A DNA stretch of 64,000 nucleotides from Oceanobacillus sp. (GTDB taxonomy: Bacteria > Bacillota > Bacilli > Bacillales > Amphibacillaceae), in NCBI GenBank assembly GCA_032085455.1, contig DAMDKS010000012.1:31869-95868 (forward strand). Reading direction: 5' to 3'. The translations under genes and the position numbers were made by a program. Shown in pieces: positions 1 to 10,094 of this stretch; within the stretch, counting starts at the first letter, position 1; every line of letters begins with the position of its first letter. The notes under the pieces were generated by a model. The model searched no databases, was not told the origin of the DNA, and saw nothing but the letters and a program-made list of their open reading frames with translations.

Positions 1-1
1 A

Positions 2-646
2 GTGGCTGAATTGACTATTGGTTTGGTAATGGACTTGTATCGCCATATCACACAGGGGGATAGTGAAATTCGTGCTGCTCATTATCCAGGAGCTTTCCAG
101 GGCAATGAGGTTAAAGGGAAAACAGCTGGCATAATCGGAACAGGAAAAATCGGCATGGAGGCTGCCCGTTTATTTAAAGCATTTGGTGCAAAATTAGTTG
201 CCTCCAATCAAGCAAGTATTAATCCAAAAGCAGTGAAGCTGGGTGTTCAATATATGGATTTAGATAAAGTATTATCCCAATCAGATATTGTGTCATTACA
301 TGTTCCATTGCTGCCAAGCACAAAAGGTCTCATCTCCAAAGAAAGAATACAGTTGATGAAAGAATCAGCTATTTTAATTAACTGTGCACGTGGACCGATT
401 GTTGATAATGAGGCACTGGCAGATGCACTCAACAATAGGGAAATTGCTGGGGCAGGTATAGATGTATTTGATATGGAGCCACCCATTCCTGAAGAATATA
501 AATTATTACATGCTAAAAATATAATTTTAACACCGCACGTAGGATTTTTAACCGATGAGGCAATGGAATTACGTGCTCAAATTGCATTTGATAACACAAT
601 GGCATTTTTGAGAGGTAAACCACAGAATATTGTTCAGAGAAATTAA
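2..646 (+). CDS. D-isomer-specific 2-hydroxyacid dehydrogenase family protein, C-terminal part (5' end outside window)
   Basis: ORF is open at the window edge. It has the NAD-binding GIIGTGKIGMEAARLF (GxGxxG) motif and the C-terminal LTPHVGF motif typical of the family. Confidence 0.8.
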   Translation: MAELTIGLVMDLYRHITQGDSEIRAAHYPGAFQGNEVKGKTAGIIGTGKIGMEAARLFKAFGAKLVASNQASINPKAVKLGVQYMDLDKVLSQSDIVSLHVPLLPSTKGLISKERIQLMKESAILINCARGPIVDNEALADALNNREIAGAGIDVFDMEPPIPEEYKLLHAKNIILTPHVGFLTDEAMELRAQIAFDNTMAFLRGKPQNIVQRN

Positions 647-985
647 TTTAAATGCGGAATCGAACGACAGTTAAAAATTAAATTTAGCTGGAATCAAAAA
701 CAGAGCATATAATGGAGGACAATTCGCTTGTCCATATTCAATTGCAGCAGGATGAATTTACTGCTTTTGAAACAATGCTCTCACCAAATTGGAATATTGC
801 TAATCAGAGAGAAACGGATTTAAAATTACATTTGATGTTGTACACAAAACACACGCGCCTTCTTAATTGGTGCATGTGCTTTTGTGTATGATTCACCTTA
901 ACTGTTAGCATTGGCAAATTTAGGAGGTGTTCAAGTTTTTCATATTTTGCTAGACTTGCTCCTGAGAGAAAATATGACCATATAG

Positions 986-2173
986 TTAAAACTTCGTTAC
1001 TTTGGTTACAGTAAGAAGCTGTGAAATACCAATGGATGCTGCCCCTAAAACGGTACAGTCTCCGCCAAGCTTGGAATGTTTTAGCTGAAAATGATGTTTA
1101 TAATAAAAATTGGCTCTTTTTTCAACTGTATTTACAATAGGTTCATGAATCCATTCGTGACATTCTGCCATTTTTCCGCCAATTACAATTAAGTCTGGAC
1201 TGAAAATATTCAGCAAATTACTGATGCCAATTCCAATATTTTCTCCAATCTTAGCGAATAACTCAATAACTTCTGTCTCCCCCTGTTCAGCTAGTTGTAT
1301 AAGATAAGCAATATTAGGGTATGAATTAAAATAATCATCTATACAGCTTAATTTTTTTGCTTCTTCAAATAAAGCTGTCACAGACGCATACATCTGCCAG
1401 CAGCCAAAGTTTCCGCAGCTGCATTCGTTACCATGAATATCAATGGACATATGACCAACATTACCAGCAATTCCGTCATGTCCGCTGTAAATTTCTTTAT
1501 TAATAATATGGCTCCCACCAATACCATGGTTAATACTTAAATATAAAAGATTATTACTGTCTTTGCCAGAGCCAAAAGCTTTTTCTGCTTCGGATCCGAC
1601 CTTTGCTTCGTTATTCACGATAATTGGCAGTTGATATTGCTTATGTAGAATCTCTTGAAGAGGAACATTTTCCCATTCAAAAGTTGGGGCAATAAGAATA
1701 TTTCCATTTGAATCAATTGAGCCTGGAAAACCAATACCGATTCCTACTATTCCATACTTACTCTTGGGGGTTTTTGATAGCAGCAGGTCAATAATATTTG
1801 TCAGCTTTTCATAAACATAGTTAAAGTTTTTTGCTTCAAGGATTACTTGTTCTCTTTCGATGACATCACCATTTAAATCAGTAATAATTCCTGTGATTTG
1901 CTTTATTTCAATGTTTATTCCGAGGGCATATCCAGCCAAATTGTTAAACATTAACATGACAGGCTTTCTTCCACCACTAGATTTTCCAGGTCCCGTTTCA
2001 TATACAAAATGCTCGTCTATTAATTGGTTTACAATATTGGAGACAGTTCCCTTATGAAGCCCACAAATACGGTTGACCTCGGCTCGTGAAATTGGAAAAT
2101 GATTTTTTATCGTCTCCAGCACAAGGGATTTATTGATTTCCTTTACTAAATATGTATCCGCTTTAATTACCAT
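986..2173 (-). CDS. ROK-family transcriptional regulator (XylR-like)
   Basis: 395-aa ORF with an N-terminal winged HTH (RAEVNRICGLHKGTVSNIVNQL) and a ROK fold with zinc motif CSCGNFGCW. It is divergent from the sugar-acid operon. Confidence 0.85.
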   Translation of the reverse strand: MVIKADTYLVKEINKSLVLETIKNHFPISRAEVNRICGLHKGTVSNIVNQLIDEHFVYETGPGKSSGGRKPVMLMFNNLAGYALGINIEIKQITGIITDLNGDVIEREQVILEAKNFNYVYEKLTNIIDLLLSKTPKSKYGIVGIGIGFPGSIDSNGNILIAPTFEWENVPLQEILHKQYQLPIIVNNEAKVGSEAEKAFGSGKDSNNLLYLSINHGIGGSHIINKEIYSGHDGIAGNVGHMSIDIHGNECSCGNFGCWQMYASVTALFEEAKKLSCIDDYFNSYPNIAYLIQLAEQGETEVIELFAKIGENIGIGISNLLNIFSPDLIVIGGKMAECHEWIHEPIVNTVEKRANFYYKHHFQLKHSKLGGDCTVLGAASIGISQLLTVTKVTKF

Positions 2174-2234
2174 TCTTTATAAACCTCCACGATTCATAAC
2201 TTAAGTCAAGTATATCTATTTTTTAAAAATAAGC

Positions 2235-2263
2235 AAACTTAGTTTTGGGTATAGACAAAGTTT
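2235..2263. promoter_or_regulatory. Candidate operator 1: AAACTTAGTT-N10-ACAAAGTTT imperfect palindrome
   Basis: The half-sites are 8/9 complementary. It lies in the divergent ROK/operon intergenic region and has the same architecture as Bacillus XylR-type operators. Confidence 0.45.
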
Positions 2264-2289
2264 TTAAGATGTGATACTCTTCCATTAAC

Positions 2290-2318
2290 AAACTTAGTTC
2301 GCGACTAGAACAAAGTTT
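2290..2318. promoter_or_regulatory. Candidate operator 2: second copy of AAACTTAGTT-N10-ACAAAGTTT
   Basis: Half-sites are identical to operator 1. It lies 55 bp (about 5 helical turns) downstream of operator 1. Confidence 0.45.
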
Positions 2319-2328
2319 TAATAAAATT

Positions 2329-2342
2329 TGTTAGCGTTGTCA
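2329..2342 (+). promoter_or_regulatory. cre-like catabolite-responsive element (TGTTAGCGTTGTCA)
   Basis: 13/14 match to TGWAANCGNTNWCA, located just upstream of the RBS of the first operon gene. Confidence 0.35.
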
Positions 2343-2370
2343 ATGAAATATAGAGAGGCGGAATGTCAGT

Positions 2371-3192
2371 ATGATTCAATTTGGTTGTCATGGCTCTACT
2401 TGGGAGTTGGATTATGAAAAGGAAACTGACTATTTGGAAGACATTTTAGATGTTATTCAAGAAAGCGGATTCCTAGCAATCGATGCACAAATTTCATTAT
2501 TAGGTAAATTTAAGCATGATCCAGAAAATTTGAAAGCAGAGTTGGAAAAAAGGAATTTACAGTTAGCGGCATTAACCCTACCATTTACTTGGGGGCAGGA
2601 AAAAGAAACAGAAGAAGAACGTGAACTTGCTGATTACTATATTCATTTTCTCAGCAAATTCCCAGATGCAAAAATGAATATTGCTCCAAGAGTAGGGGCT
2701 TCAAGAAGTAACCTATATCAAAGACAAAAAGAGATTGTCAGCTGTGCGAATGCGTTAGCAAAAAGAGCACATGAAAAAGGTGTCATTGCTACATTTCATC
2801 CCAGCTCGCCACCAACCTCTTATTTCCGGGTAAAAGAGGATTATGATGCGCTATTTAATTTATTGGATTCACGATATATCGGCTATACGCCAGATGCTGG
2901 TCACATTGCCTTTGGTGGAATGAATCCAGTGGAAATATTTGAACAAGCCATGCCATTAATTAAGCATGTTCATTTTAAAGATTGTGCGTATCCTGAAAAT
3001 TGGAGAAAGATGGGTACAGGTGATATTGACTTTAAGAAAATAGTACAAATGCTTACTGAATCAGGATATAACGGTTGGATTATGGTTGAAGAAGAGACAA
3101 AAGAATCTGAAGCAAATCCAAGAGAAGCTATCCTCGATATTAGCAGTTATGTGGAAAATAATTTAAAACCGATTACTAGAAAAGAGGTGTAA
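2371..3192 (+). CDS. Sugar phosphate isomerase/epimerase (xylose isomerase-like TIM barrel) family protein
   Basis: 273-aa ORF with an RBS (GAGAGGCGG). The fold-family resemblance covers ...TPDAGH..., ...HVHFKD... and WIMVEEE metal-ligand-type segments. Confidence 0.7.
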   Translation: MIQFGCHGSTWELDYEKETDYLEDILDVIQESGFLAIDAQISLLGKFKHDPENLKAELEKRNLQLAALTLPFTWGQEKETEEERELADYYIHFLSKFPDAKMNIAPRVGASRSNLYQRQKEIVSCANALAKRAHEKGVIATFHPSSPPTSYFRVKEDYDALFNLLDSRYIGYTPDAGHIAFGGMNPVEIFEQAMPLIKHVHFKDCAYPENWRKMGTGDIDFKKIVQMLTESGYNGWIMVEEETKESEANPREAILDISSYVENNLKPITRKEV

Positions 3193-3195
3193 TGG

Positions 3196-4116
3196 ATGTC
3201 TGAAAATGTATTTATCCCATCTCTTCTAGTTACACAAGTTTATTATCCATATTGTGAAGAAAAAGGCGCTACAGCTGAAATTTTGAACAAAGTGGCAAAT
3301 GACGGATTCTACCAGGCCATTGAAATTGATTGTCATTATGAAGCCGAAGAAAGAGAAAAAATCGGAAGTATTAACAAAAAACAAGGATGGACTGTAACAC
3401 AATGGCTAACGTCAAAAATTGATAAAGAAAAATTAGATTTATCAGCGCTCGATGAAACAATGCGCGCACAATCTGCCCAAGCAATTATTCGGATGTTGGA
3501 TAAAGCTGCTGAAATGAATGTTCATAACATTGCTTTCATCAGCGGGCCAAGTCCAGGTGAAGATTTGAGAGAAAAAGCGCTTGACAGCTTTTATCGAAGT
3601 TTGTGTGAAATATGTGCTGCTGCCAGAGCTTACAAAATTGGTGTGCTGGTAGAGCCGTTAGATTACAAAGCACATAAACGAAAAGCATTAGGGAAAACTG
3701 AGGAAACCGTACAGCTGATTCAGAAAGTAAGAGAAGCATACGATAATTTATATTTTGCTTTTGATACAGCCCACGCAGCTTTGAATGAAGAAGATGTACA
3801 AGCAGCAATTTTGAAAGCACTTCCCATTATGGGGCAATTACATTTTTCCAATGCAATACTCGACATCAATGATGCGTTATATGGTGATTATCATTTACCA
3901 ATCGATATTGAAACAGGCTTTTTAAATCAAGCATTTATAGAGGAGCTTCTGCAATACATTTCTAGGCAAAAAGCAGCTTTAAACGATAAGCTTCGGGTTG
4001 CCATTGAAGTTCAGGGAAAAGAAACCCAGAAATTACACGAGAATGAGTCTATTGCTAGAGAACTGTTGCAAAATGGTTTTCAATTTATTGGACAAAGGAG
4101 GGTGGCAAGTGAGTAG
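3196..4116 (+). CDS. Second xylose isomerase-like TIM-barrel family protein
   Basis: 306-aa ORF translationally coupled to the previous gene. The segments ...LVEPL..., ...FDTAHA... and ...LHFSN... are typical of the AP-endonuclease-2/TIM-barrel family. Confidence 0.6.
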   Translation: MSENVFIPSLLVTQVYYPYCEEKGATAEILNKVANDGFYQAIEIDCHYEAEEREKIGSINKKQGWTVTQWLTSKIDKEKLDLSALDETMRAQSAQAIIRMLDKAAEMNVHNIAFISGPSPGEDLREKALDSFYRSLCEICAAARAYKIGVLVEPLDYKAHKRKALGKTEETVQLIQKVREAYDNLYFAFDTAHAALNEEDVQAAILKALPIMGQLHFSNAILDINDALYGDYHLPIDIETGFLNQAFIEELLQYISRQKAALNDKLRVAIEVQGKETQKLHENESIARELLQNGFQFIGQRRVASE

Positions 4117-4741
4117 CATGCTTGAACAATTACATCAAGAGAAGATAGTAGCCATTGTGAGAATGTCCTCATTGGAGGGATTGGAAAAAACAGTCGAAGC
4201 GCTTTACAATAGTGGGATTCACTTCATTGAAATCACAATGAATACTCCGGGGGCTTTACAAGGTATAGAACGAGTAAAGACATTATATCCTAAGATGCAT
4301 GTTGGAGCAGGTACTGTATTAGACAGTGAATCAGCTAGGATGGCAATCTATGCAGGTGCCGATTTCCTATTAACTCCAACATTGAAGAAAGAAACAATTT
4401 TAACAGCAAATCGCTATCAGGTTCCGATTATCCCAGGGGTTTTAACGCCAACAGAAGCATTGACTGCGACAGAATATGGGACAGGGATGATAAAAATATT
4501 TCCAGCGAGACAAGTTGGACCAAGCTACTTCTCCGATTTAAAAGGACCACTTCCGCATATTTCTACGATGGCTGTGGGTGGAATTGATTTAGATAATGCT
4601 GCGATATTCTTGAAGTCTGGAGCAACTACACTTGGGATAGGCAGTTCACTCGTAGATGAAAAGCTTGTGCGCTCTAATGATTTTGAGGAAATTGCAAAAA
4701 GGGCAAAAATGTTTGTTGAAATAGTTCAATCAATAAATTAG
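4109..4741 (+). CDS. eda: 2-dehydro-3-deoxy-6-phosphogluconate/galactonate (KDPG/KDPGal) aldolase, Eda family
   Basis: KIVAIVR...IHFIEITMNTPGAL...GAGTVL...ADFLLTP...IIPGVLTPTE...IKIFPA matches Eda/DgoA. The start was moved to GTG 4109, 7 nt after GGAGG. The 3998 start in the ORF track overlaps the upstream gene. Confidence 0.85.
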   Translation: MSSMLEQLHQEKIVAIVRMSSLEGLEKTVEALYNSGIHFIEITMNTPGALQGIERVKTLYPKMHVGAGTVLDSESARMAIYAGADFLLTPTLKKETILTANRYQVPIIPGVLTPTEALTATEYGTGMIKIFPARQVGPSYFSDLKGPLPHISTMAVGGIDLDNAAIFLKSGATTLGIGSSLVDEKLVRSNDFEEIAKRAKMFVEIVQSIN

Positions 4742-4767
4742 ACAGCTTAGAAGAAGTGGTGTTGAGA

Positions 4768-5790
4768 ATGTATATTATTTTAATTGATTCTGGAACAACC
4801 AATACCAGAATGCGATTATTAGAAAAAAGTAGAAAAAAAATATTAGATATAGAAAAAATTCAAGTCGGTGTCCGTAATACAGCCATTGATGGAGATAATG
4901 AAAAGTTAAAAAGTCACTTACAGGAGGGAATCAAACGATTATTATTAAGAAATCAGCTAGATACAACGGAAATTAGCTATATTGTTGCTTCTGGCATGAT
5001 TACTTCTAATCTGGGGATATATGAGGTGCCACATGTCATTGGACCAGCTCAGATTGAAGATTTTGCTTCTCAATCAAAGGTTGTTAAAATGGAAGACTTT
5101 TTCGATATAACTTGGGTGTTTACTCCTGGCCTAAAAAATAATATTGAAAGTGACGCGCATGAAATATTAGATAGAATTAATGAATTTGATATTATGCGCG
5201 GTGAGGAAGTAGAAACAATCGGCTTATTAGAACAGTTTCAGCTAAAAGGAAGGGGGGTTGTCGTTTTACCTGGATCACATACGAAGTTTATTTTTATTAA
5301 TGAAGAAAAGGGATTGGAATCCTGTTTATCTACACTGGGTGGTGAAACACTTTTTGCCATTCAGAAGGGAACAATTTTAGCCGATTCCCTGCCTGATGGT
5401 TTAGTCGAAACGGCAGATGAAAAATGTTTGATTAAAGGATTTGAAGCAGCGGAAAAATACGGTCTCACAAGAAGCTTTTATCATATCCGCTTATTACAGA
5501 TGTTTTCTAGTTTAACTGAGAATGAAATTGCAAATTACTTTGTTGGCGCTGTCCTATACGATGATTTAAAATCGCTCGAGCACACAATGAATGAAAATGA
5601 AATTAAATGGGCGATTATCGGGGGTTCAAGTCCGCTGCGCAATGCTTTTACACAATTAATAAAAAGAAAATATGCTGCGTGGCATGTTATGGAAGCTGCC
5701 GATGAACAGATGGAACGTGCGCTCATAATAGGTCCACAAAAAATAGCAGCAAATATAAAGGGATTTCAAAATGAACAGATGGAGGAATGA
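4768..5790 (+). CDS. dgoK: 2-dehydro-3-deoxygalactonokinase-like kinase
   Basis: IDSGTTNTR, DIMRGEEVETIG and VLPGSHTKFI parallel E. coli DgoK IDWGSTNLR, VMRGEETQLIG and VMPGTHCKWV. A GTG at 4756 is an alternative start. Confidence 0.75.
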   Translation: MYIILIDSGTTNTRMRLLEKSRKKILDIEKIQVGVRNTAIDGDNEKLKSHLQEGIKRLLLRNQLDTTEISYIVASGMITSNLGIYEVPHVIGPAQIEDFASQSKVVKMEDFFDITWVFTPGLKNNIESDAHEILDRINEFDIMRGEEVETIGLLEQFQLKGRGVVVLPGSHTKFIFINEEKGLESCLSTLGGETLFAIQKGTILADSLPDGLVETADEKCLIKGFEAAEKYGLTRSFYHIRLLQMFSSLTENEIANYFVGAVLYDDLKSLEHTMNENEIKWAIIGGSSPLRNAFTQLIKRKYAAWHVMEAADEQMERALIIGPQKIAANIKGFQNEQMEE

Positions 5791-5792
5791 AA

Positions 5793-6791
5793 ATGAAAAG
5801 TATAAAGAAACAATTTATTTTAGTAGCAGCCGTCATGCTTTTAGCTTTTACTGCCGCATGCAGCAGTAGTGATGATAATAATACTGAAAAGGCGAAAGGG
5901 GATTCTGACTTTCCGTCTAAGCCTATTTCCCTAATTGTCCCAGTTTCTTCAGGGGGAGGTTCTGACACGATTGCAAGAGCAATTGCCGCTGAAGCAGAAA
6001 AATCCCTTGATGAATCAATTGGTATTGTTAATAAAACTGGAGGCAGCGGTTCCGTTGGTATGACAGAAGGTGCTAATGCGAAAGCAGATGGTTATACGGT
6101 TTCGATGGTGTTTGTCGAATTAACGATGTTTGACCATCTTGGTATTTCACCGCTTAAACATACAGATTTTAAACCACTTGGATTAATTAACTTAGATCCT
6201 GCGGCTTTAACTGTTGCAGCAGATGCGCCTTATGACACCCTAGAGGAATTCATTGATTACGCGAAAGAGAATCCAGGAAAAGTAAAAATTGGGAACTCGG
6301 GAACGGGATCTATTTGGCATATTGCTGCAGAGGTTATCGCTGAAGAAGCTGGGATTGATATTGTAAATGTACCATTTGAAGGTGCAACAGAAGCAGTAAC
6401 TGGTGTTGTTGGTGGCCACGTGGATGCAGTTACCGTAAGTCCTGCTGAAGTAAAAGCACAGCTGGATGCTGGAAATGTAAAAACATTAGCCATTATGTCT
6501 GATGAGAAGTCTGATATTATTCCAGATGTGCCTACTTTTAGCGAAGCTGGTTTAGATGTAGAGTCTGTTGGAACATGGAGAGGCTTTGCAGTACCGAAAG
6601 ATACGCCAGATGACGTAGCGAAAAAGCTAGAAGATGCATTTATTGAAGCAGCTAATACGGAAAGCTTTAAAACATTTATGGAAAATAACGGATTTGGTAT
6701 TGATATCAAAAGCTCAGATGAGTTTGAACAACATATGGATGAGAATTACGAGTTTTATGGAGAAGTGCTTGAAGGTCTAGAATTAGAATAA
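5793..6791 (+). CDS. tctC: Tripartite tricarboxylate transporter substrate-binding lipoprotein (TctC/Bug family)
   Basis: Signal peptide with lipobox (FTAAC) and the Bug-family motif VSSGGGSDTIAR. The ATG at 5793 lies 6 nt after GGAGGA. Confidence 0.85.
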   Translation: MKSIKKQFILVAAVMLLAFTAACSSSDDNNTEKAKGDSDFPSKPISLIVPVSSGGGSDTIARAIAAEAEKSLDESIGIVNKTGGSGSVGMTEGANAKADGYTVSMVFVELTMFDHLGISPLKHTDFKPLGLINLDPAALTVAADAPYDTLEEFIDYAKENPGKVKIGNSGTGSIWHIAAEVIAEEAGIDIVNVPFEGATEAVTGVVGGHVDAVTVSPAEVKAQLDAGNVKTLAIMSDEKSDIIPDVPTFSEAGLDVESVGTWRGFAVPKDTPDDVAKKLEDAFIEAANTESFKTFMENNGFGIDIKSSDEFEQHMDENYEFYGEVLEGLELE

Positions 6792-6887
6792 AAAGTGGTA
6801 TGCAGAGATTACCCAGGTAGTCTCTGCTAAATACTCCTATAGAAATACAAACAAACACTATGAATTTGTGTAAGGGTGTGACTCTAA

Positions 6888-7331
6888 ATGAGATTACCGA
6901 ATTTGATTATCGGAATAGTTACTACATTGATTGGGATCTTTTTCATAGCAAATACGTTGGATTTTCCCAATTTAGATCTTGAGCCATTGGGAGCGGCATT
7001 TATGCCTCGTCTATATAGCATATTGTTAATTTTTCTAGGCTTAATTTTAGTTATGCAGGCCATCAGAGATAAAAAGGAGAAAAAAGAAGCCAAAAGCAAT
7101 GTAAAATATGCACTTATTTCGATGTTTATCGTGATCGTGTATGTCCTTTTTATTCCTCCTCTAGGCTTTTATATTTCAACGTTTTTGTTTACGTTTATCT
7201 TTTTACTTTTTTCTAAAGTAAGAAATAAAATTGTTTTAGTATCCGTTCCAGTAGGGACCGTTTTGTTTATATATATTTGCTTTGATAAAATTCTGAAGGT
7301 GGCAATTCCAGCCGGCTCACTTTTTAGCTAA
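6888..7331 (+). CDS. tctB: Tripartite tricarboxylate transporter small membrane subunit (TctB)
   Basis: 147-aa protein with 4 predicted TM segments, positioned between tctC and tctA. Confidence 0.7.
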   Translation: MRLPNLIIGIVTTLIGIFFIANTLDFPNLDLEPLGAAFMPRLYSILLIFLGLILVMQAIRDKKEKKEAKSNVKYALISMFIVIVYVLFIPPLGFYISTFLFTFIFLLFSKVRNKIVLVSVPVGTVLFIYICFDKILKVAIPAGSLFS

Positions 7332-7345
7332 AGGAATGATAAGTT

Positions 7346-8833
7346 ATGGATTTATTTATGGAGGCTTTAATAAATGTGTTTCAGCCAGAGGTTATATTAA
7401 TCCTTTTAGCTGGAATATTTTTAGGCGTATCCATCGGGGTACTGCCAGGTTTAACATCTACAATGGGAGTAGCTTTAATGCTGCCAATTACATTTGGAAT
7501 GGGACAAGTTACTGGTTTGTTATTATTAATTGGTGTATATTTTGGTTCGGTTTATGGTGGTTCGATTACCGCTATTTTGCTTAATACGCCGGGGACACCA
7601 GCCTCTGCAGCGACTGCAATGGATGGCTATGCACTTGCTAAACGTGGTTACGCTAGAAAGGCTTTAACTACTTCAACCATTTCTTCTGCAACAGGCGGGT
7701 TTATAAGTGTCCTTATTTTAATTTTGGTTGCACCACAGTTGGCTAGTTTTGCATTGAAGTTTAGTGCACCAGAATATTTTGCTTTGGCATTTTTCGGTGT
7801 TTCTATTATTTCTAGTCTCGCAGCAAAATCGCTTGTTAAGGGGCTAATTATCGGGGTACTTGGTTTACTTGTTGCTACAATCGGTATGGACCCCATGGGC
7901 GGATTTCCCCGATTTACATTTGGAAATGCTGAATTAACGAGCGGGATAAACTTTATTCCAGTAATGATTGGTTTATTTGCTGCTTCCGAAGCATTTACAT
8001 CGATGGAAGATGTTTTTGCGAAAAATAAAATGCAGATTGTTGTTGAAAAAGCAAAATTAAAATGGGCAGAATTCAAATCCATTATTTTCACTATCTTATA
8101 CTCTGCAGGTTTAGGTTCTTTTATTGGAATGATACCTGGAGCTGGTGCTGATATTGCAGCATTTGTTGGGTATAATGAAGCAAAAAGATTTTCAAGGCAT
8201 AAAGATGAATTTGGTAAGGGGGCTATACAAGGAATCTCTGCACCAGAAGCAGCCGGAAATGCTGTTACGGGAGGTGCGATGATTCCATTATTAACATTAG
8301 GAATTCCTGGTGATGCAGTTACAGCAGTGTTGTTAGGAGCACTTATGGTACAGGGAATTCAACCTGGTCCAATGTTATTCGAAAGTAATGGACCCTTGGT
8401 TTATACCTTATTCTTTGGAATGCTGATTGCAAATATCTTTATCTTAATTGTTGGATTGTCTGGAATTAAGTTATTTACGAAAATATTGCTTATACCGAAG
8501 TCAATTTTGACTCCGCTAATTTTAGTTCTAAGTGTCATCGGCTCCTATGCATTAGGAAATAATTACTTTGATGTTATCGTTATGCTTGCGGCAGGTATAA
8601 TTGGTTATTTCATGAAAAAATATGATTTTCCAGTATCACCATTAATTTTAGGATTAATCTTAGGACCAATGATGGAAAGTAACTTACGACGCTCCTTAGT
8701 TATGTCACAAGGGGATATATCAATTCTCTTTACGAGACCGATTGCTTGCGTGTTAATAATCCTAGCTGTTATTACATTAGTAACACCGATTATTAAAGGA
8801 ATCATGGAGAGCAGAAAGGGTTTAAAACAGTGA
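7346..8833 (+). CDS. tctA: Tripartite tricarboxylate transporter large permease (TctA)
   Basis: 495-aa polytopic protein. GLPGLTSTMGVAL, LLNTPGTPASAATA and IPGAGADIAAF are typical TctA segments. Confidence 0.9.
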   Translation: MDLFMEALINVFQPEVILILLAGIFLGVSIGVLPGLTSTMGVALMLPITFGMGQVTGLLLLIGVYFGSVYGGSITAILLNTPGTPASAATAMDGYALAKRGYARKALTTSTISSATGGFISVLILILVAPQLASFALKFSAPEYFALAFFGVSIISSLAAKSLVKGLIIGVLGLLVATIGMDPMGGFPRFTFGNAELTSGINFIPVMIGLFAASEAFTSMEDVFAKNKMQIVVEKAKLKWAEFKSIIFTILYSAGLGSFIGMIPGAGADIAAFVGYNEAKRFSRHKDEFGKGAIQGISAPEAAGNAVTGGAMIPLLTLGIPGDAVTAVLLGALMVQGIQPGPMLFESNGPLVYTLFFGMLIANIFILIVGLSGIKLFTKILLIPKSILTPLILVLSVIGSYALGNNYFDVIVMLAAGIIGYFMKKYDFPVSPLILGLILGPMMESNLRRSLVMSQGDISILFTRPIACVLIILAVITLVTPIIKGIMESRKGLKQ

Positions 8834-8872
8834 GGACCAAGCTGAATTTCGAAATATGTGGGGGAATATGAT

Positions 8873-10021
8873 ATGAAAATAACCAATTTAGAATGTTTTT
8901 TAGTTCCGCCGCGCTGGTGTTTTTTAAAGATAGAAACAGATGAAGGAATTTCTGGATGGGGTGAACCGGTTATTGAAGGAAGCGCTAGTACGGTAAAGGC
9001 TGCGGTAGAGGAGTTAAGTGCGTATCTTATCGGTTCTAACCCTTTGAAAATTCAAGATACATGGAATAAATTGTATCGTGGCCGCTTTTATCGTGGTGGT
9101 CCGATTTTAATGAGTGCGATTGCTGGTATAGATCAGGCACTTTGGGATATTAAAGGGAAATTTTATCATGCGCCCGTTTATGAATTATTAGGTGGACCGG
9201 TTAGAGAAAATATTCGTGTTTATTCCTGGATTGGTGGCGACCGGCCAGCAGATGTTGGGGAAGCTGCGAAGAATGCTGCGGATAAGGGTTTTTCGGCTAT
9301 AAAAATGAATGCAACGGAAGAGCTGCAATATATTGATTCCTATAAAAAGGTGGATGAAACGATAGAAAGAGTGGCCGCTATTCGTGAAACTGCCGGTCGG
9401 GACGTGGGAATAGGAATTGATTTTCATGGCAGAGTGCATAAACCAATGGCAAAGATTTTGATGAAGGAATTAGAACCTTATCGTCCGATGTTTATCGAAG
9501 AGCCAGTTCTTCCTGAGAATAATGAGGCTTTACATGAGATAGCGAAGTATGCGCAGATCCCAATTGCTACTGGAGAAAGAATGTATTCGAGATGGGATTT
9601 CAAAAAAGTATTACAAGAAGGTATTGTTGATATTATTCAACCTGATTTATCACATGCAGGGGGAATAACCGAGGTCAGTAAAATAGCAGCCATGGCAGAA
9701 GCCTATGATGTTGCGCTTGCGCCACACTGCCCATTGGGACCGATTGCGCTTGCATCTTGCCTTCAGGTGGATGCGATTTCCCATAATGCGGTTATTCAAG
9801 AACAAAGCATGGGAATTCATTATAATCAGGGGAATGATGTCCAGGATTACTTAATTGATAAACATGTATTTCAATTTAAACAGGGATATGCGAATTTGCC
9901 AAAAGGACCAGGCTTAGGCGTTGAAATTGATGAGGACTACGTTAGGGAAAGGTCTCAAATGGGTCATTCATGGAAGAATCCAGTGTGGCGGCATACAGAT
10001 GGCAGTATAGCTGAATGGTAA
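8873..10021 (+). CDS. dgoD: D-galactonate dehydratase (enolase superfamily)
   Basis: It is near-colinear with E. coli DgoD: MKIT...[19 protein letters not shown]..., [49 protein letters not shown] and [13 protein letters not shown]. Confidence 0.92.
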   Translation: MKITNLECFLVPPRWCFLKIETDEGISGWGEPVIEGSASTVKAAVEELSAYLIGSNPLKIQDTWNKLYRGRFYRGGPILMSAIAGIDQALWDIKGKFYHAPVYELLGGPVRENIRVYSWIGGDRPADVGEAAKNAADKGFSAIKMNATEELQYIDSYKKVDETIERVAAIRETAGRDVGIGIDFHGRVHKPMAKILMKELEPYRPMFIEEPVLPENNEALHEIAKYAQIPIATGERMYSRWDFKKVLQEGIVDIIQPDLSHAGGITEVSKIAAMAEAYDVALAPHCPLGPIALASCLQVDAISHNAVIQEQSMGIHYNQGNDVQDYLIDKHVFQFKQGYANLPKGPGLGVEIDEDYVRERSQMGHSWKNPVWRHTDGSIAEW

Positions 10022-10094
10022 TGAATGCAGACGAGATTGCAAGATGTTACAAGGCAATAACATATGCGATAGTGTAGCACGAAGGAGAATGAAG

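Noticed and set aside
712-891. 59-aa plus-strand ORF (MEDNSLVHIQLQQDEF...) between the dehydrogenase and the ROK regulator
   Set aside because: It has no RBS and no recognisable family, and it ends in an imperfect terminator-like hairpin belonging to the upstream gene. It is probably non-coding.
3998-4108. N-terminal extension of the Eda-family ORF (start at 3998 in the ORF track)
   Set aside because: It would overlap the preceding gene by 119 nt. A GTG at 4109 lies 7 nt after GGAGG, and the Eda homology begins at MLEQLHQEKIVAIVR.
6257-8091. Minus-strand ORFs of 150 and 147 aa within tctC and tctA
   Set aside because: They are Ser/Ala/Thr-rich antisense shadows of strongly supported plus-strand genes.
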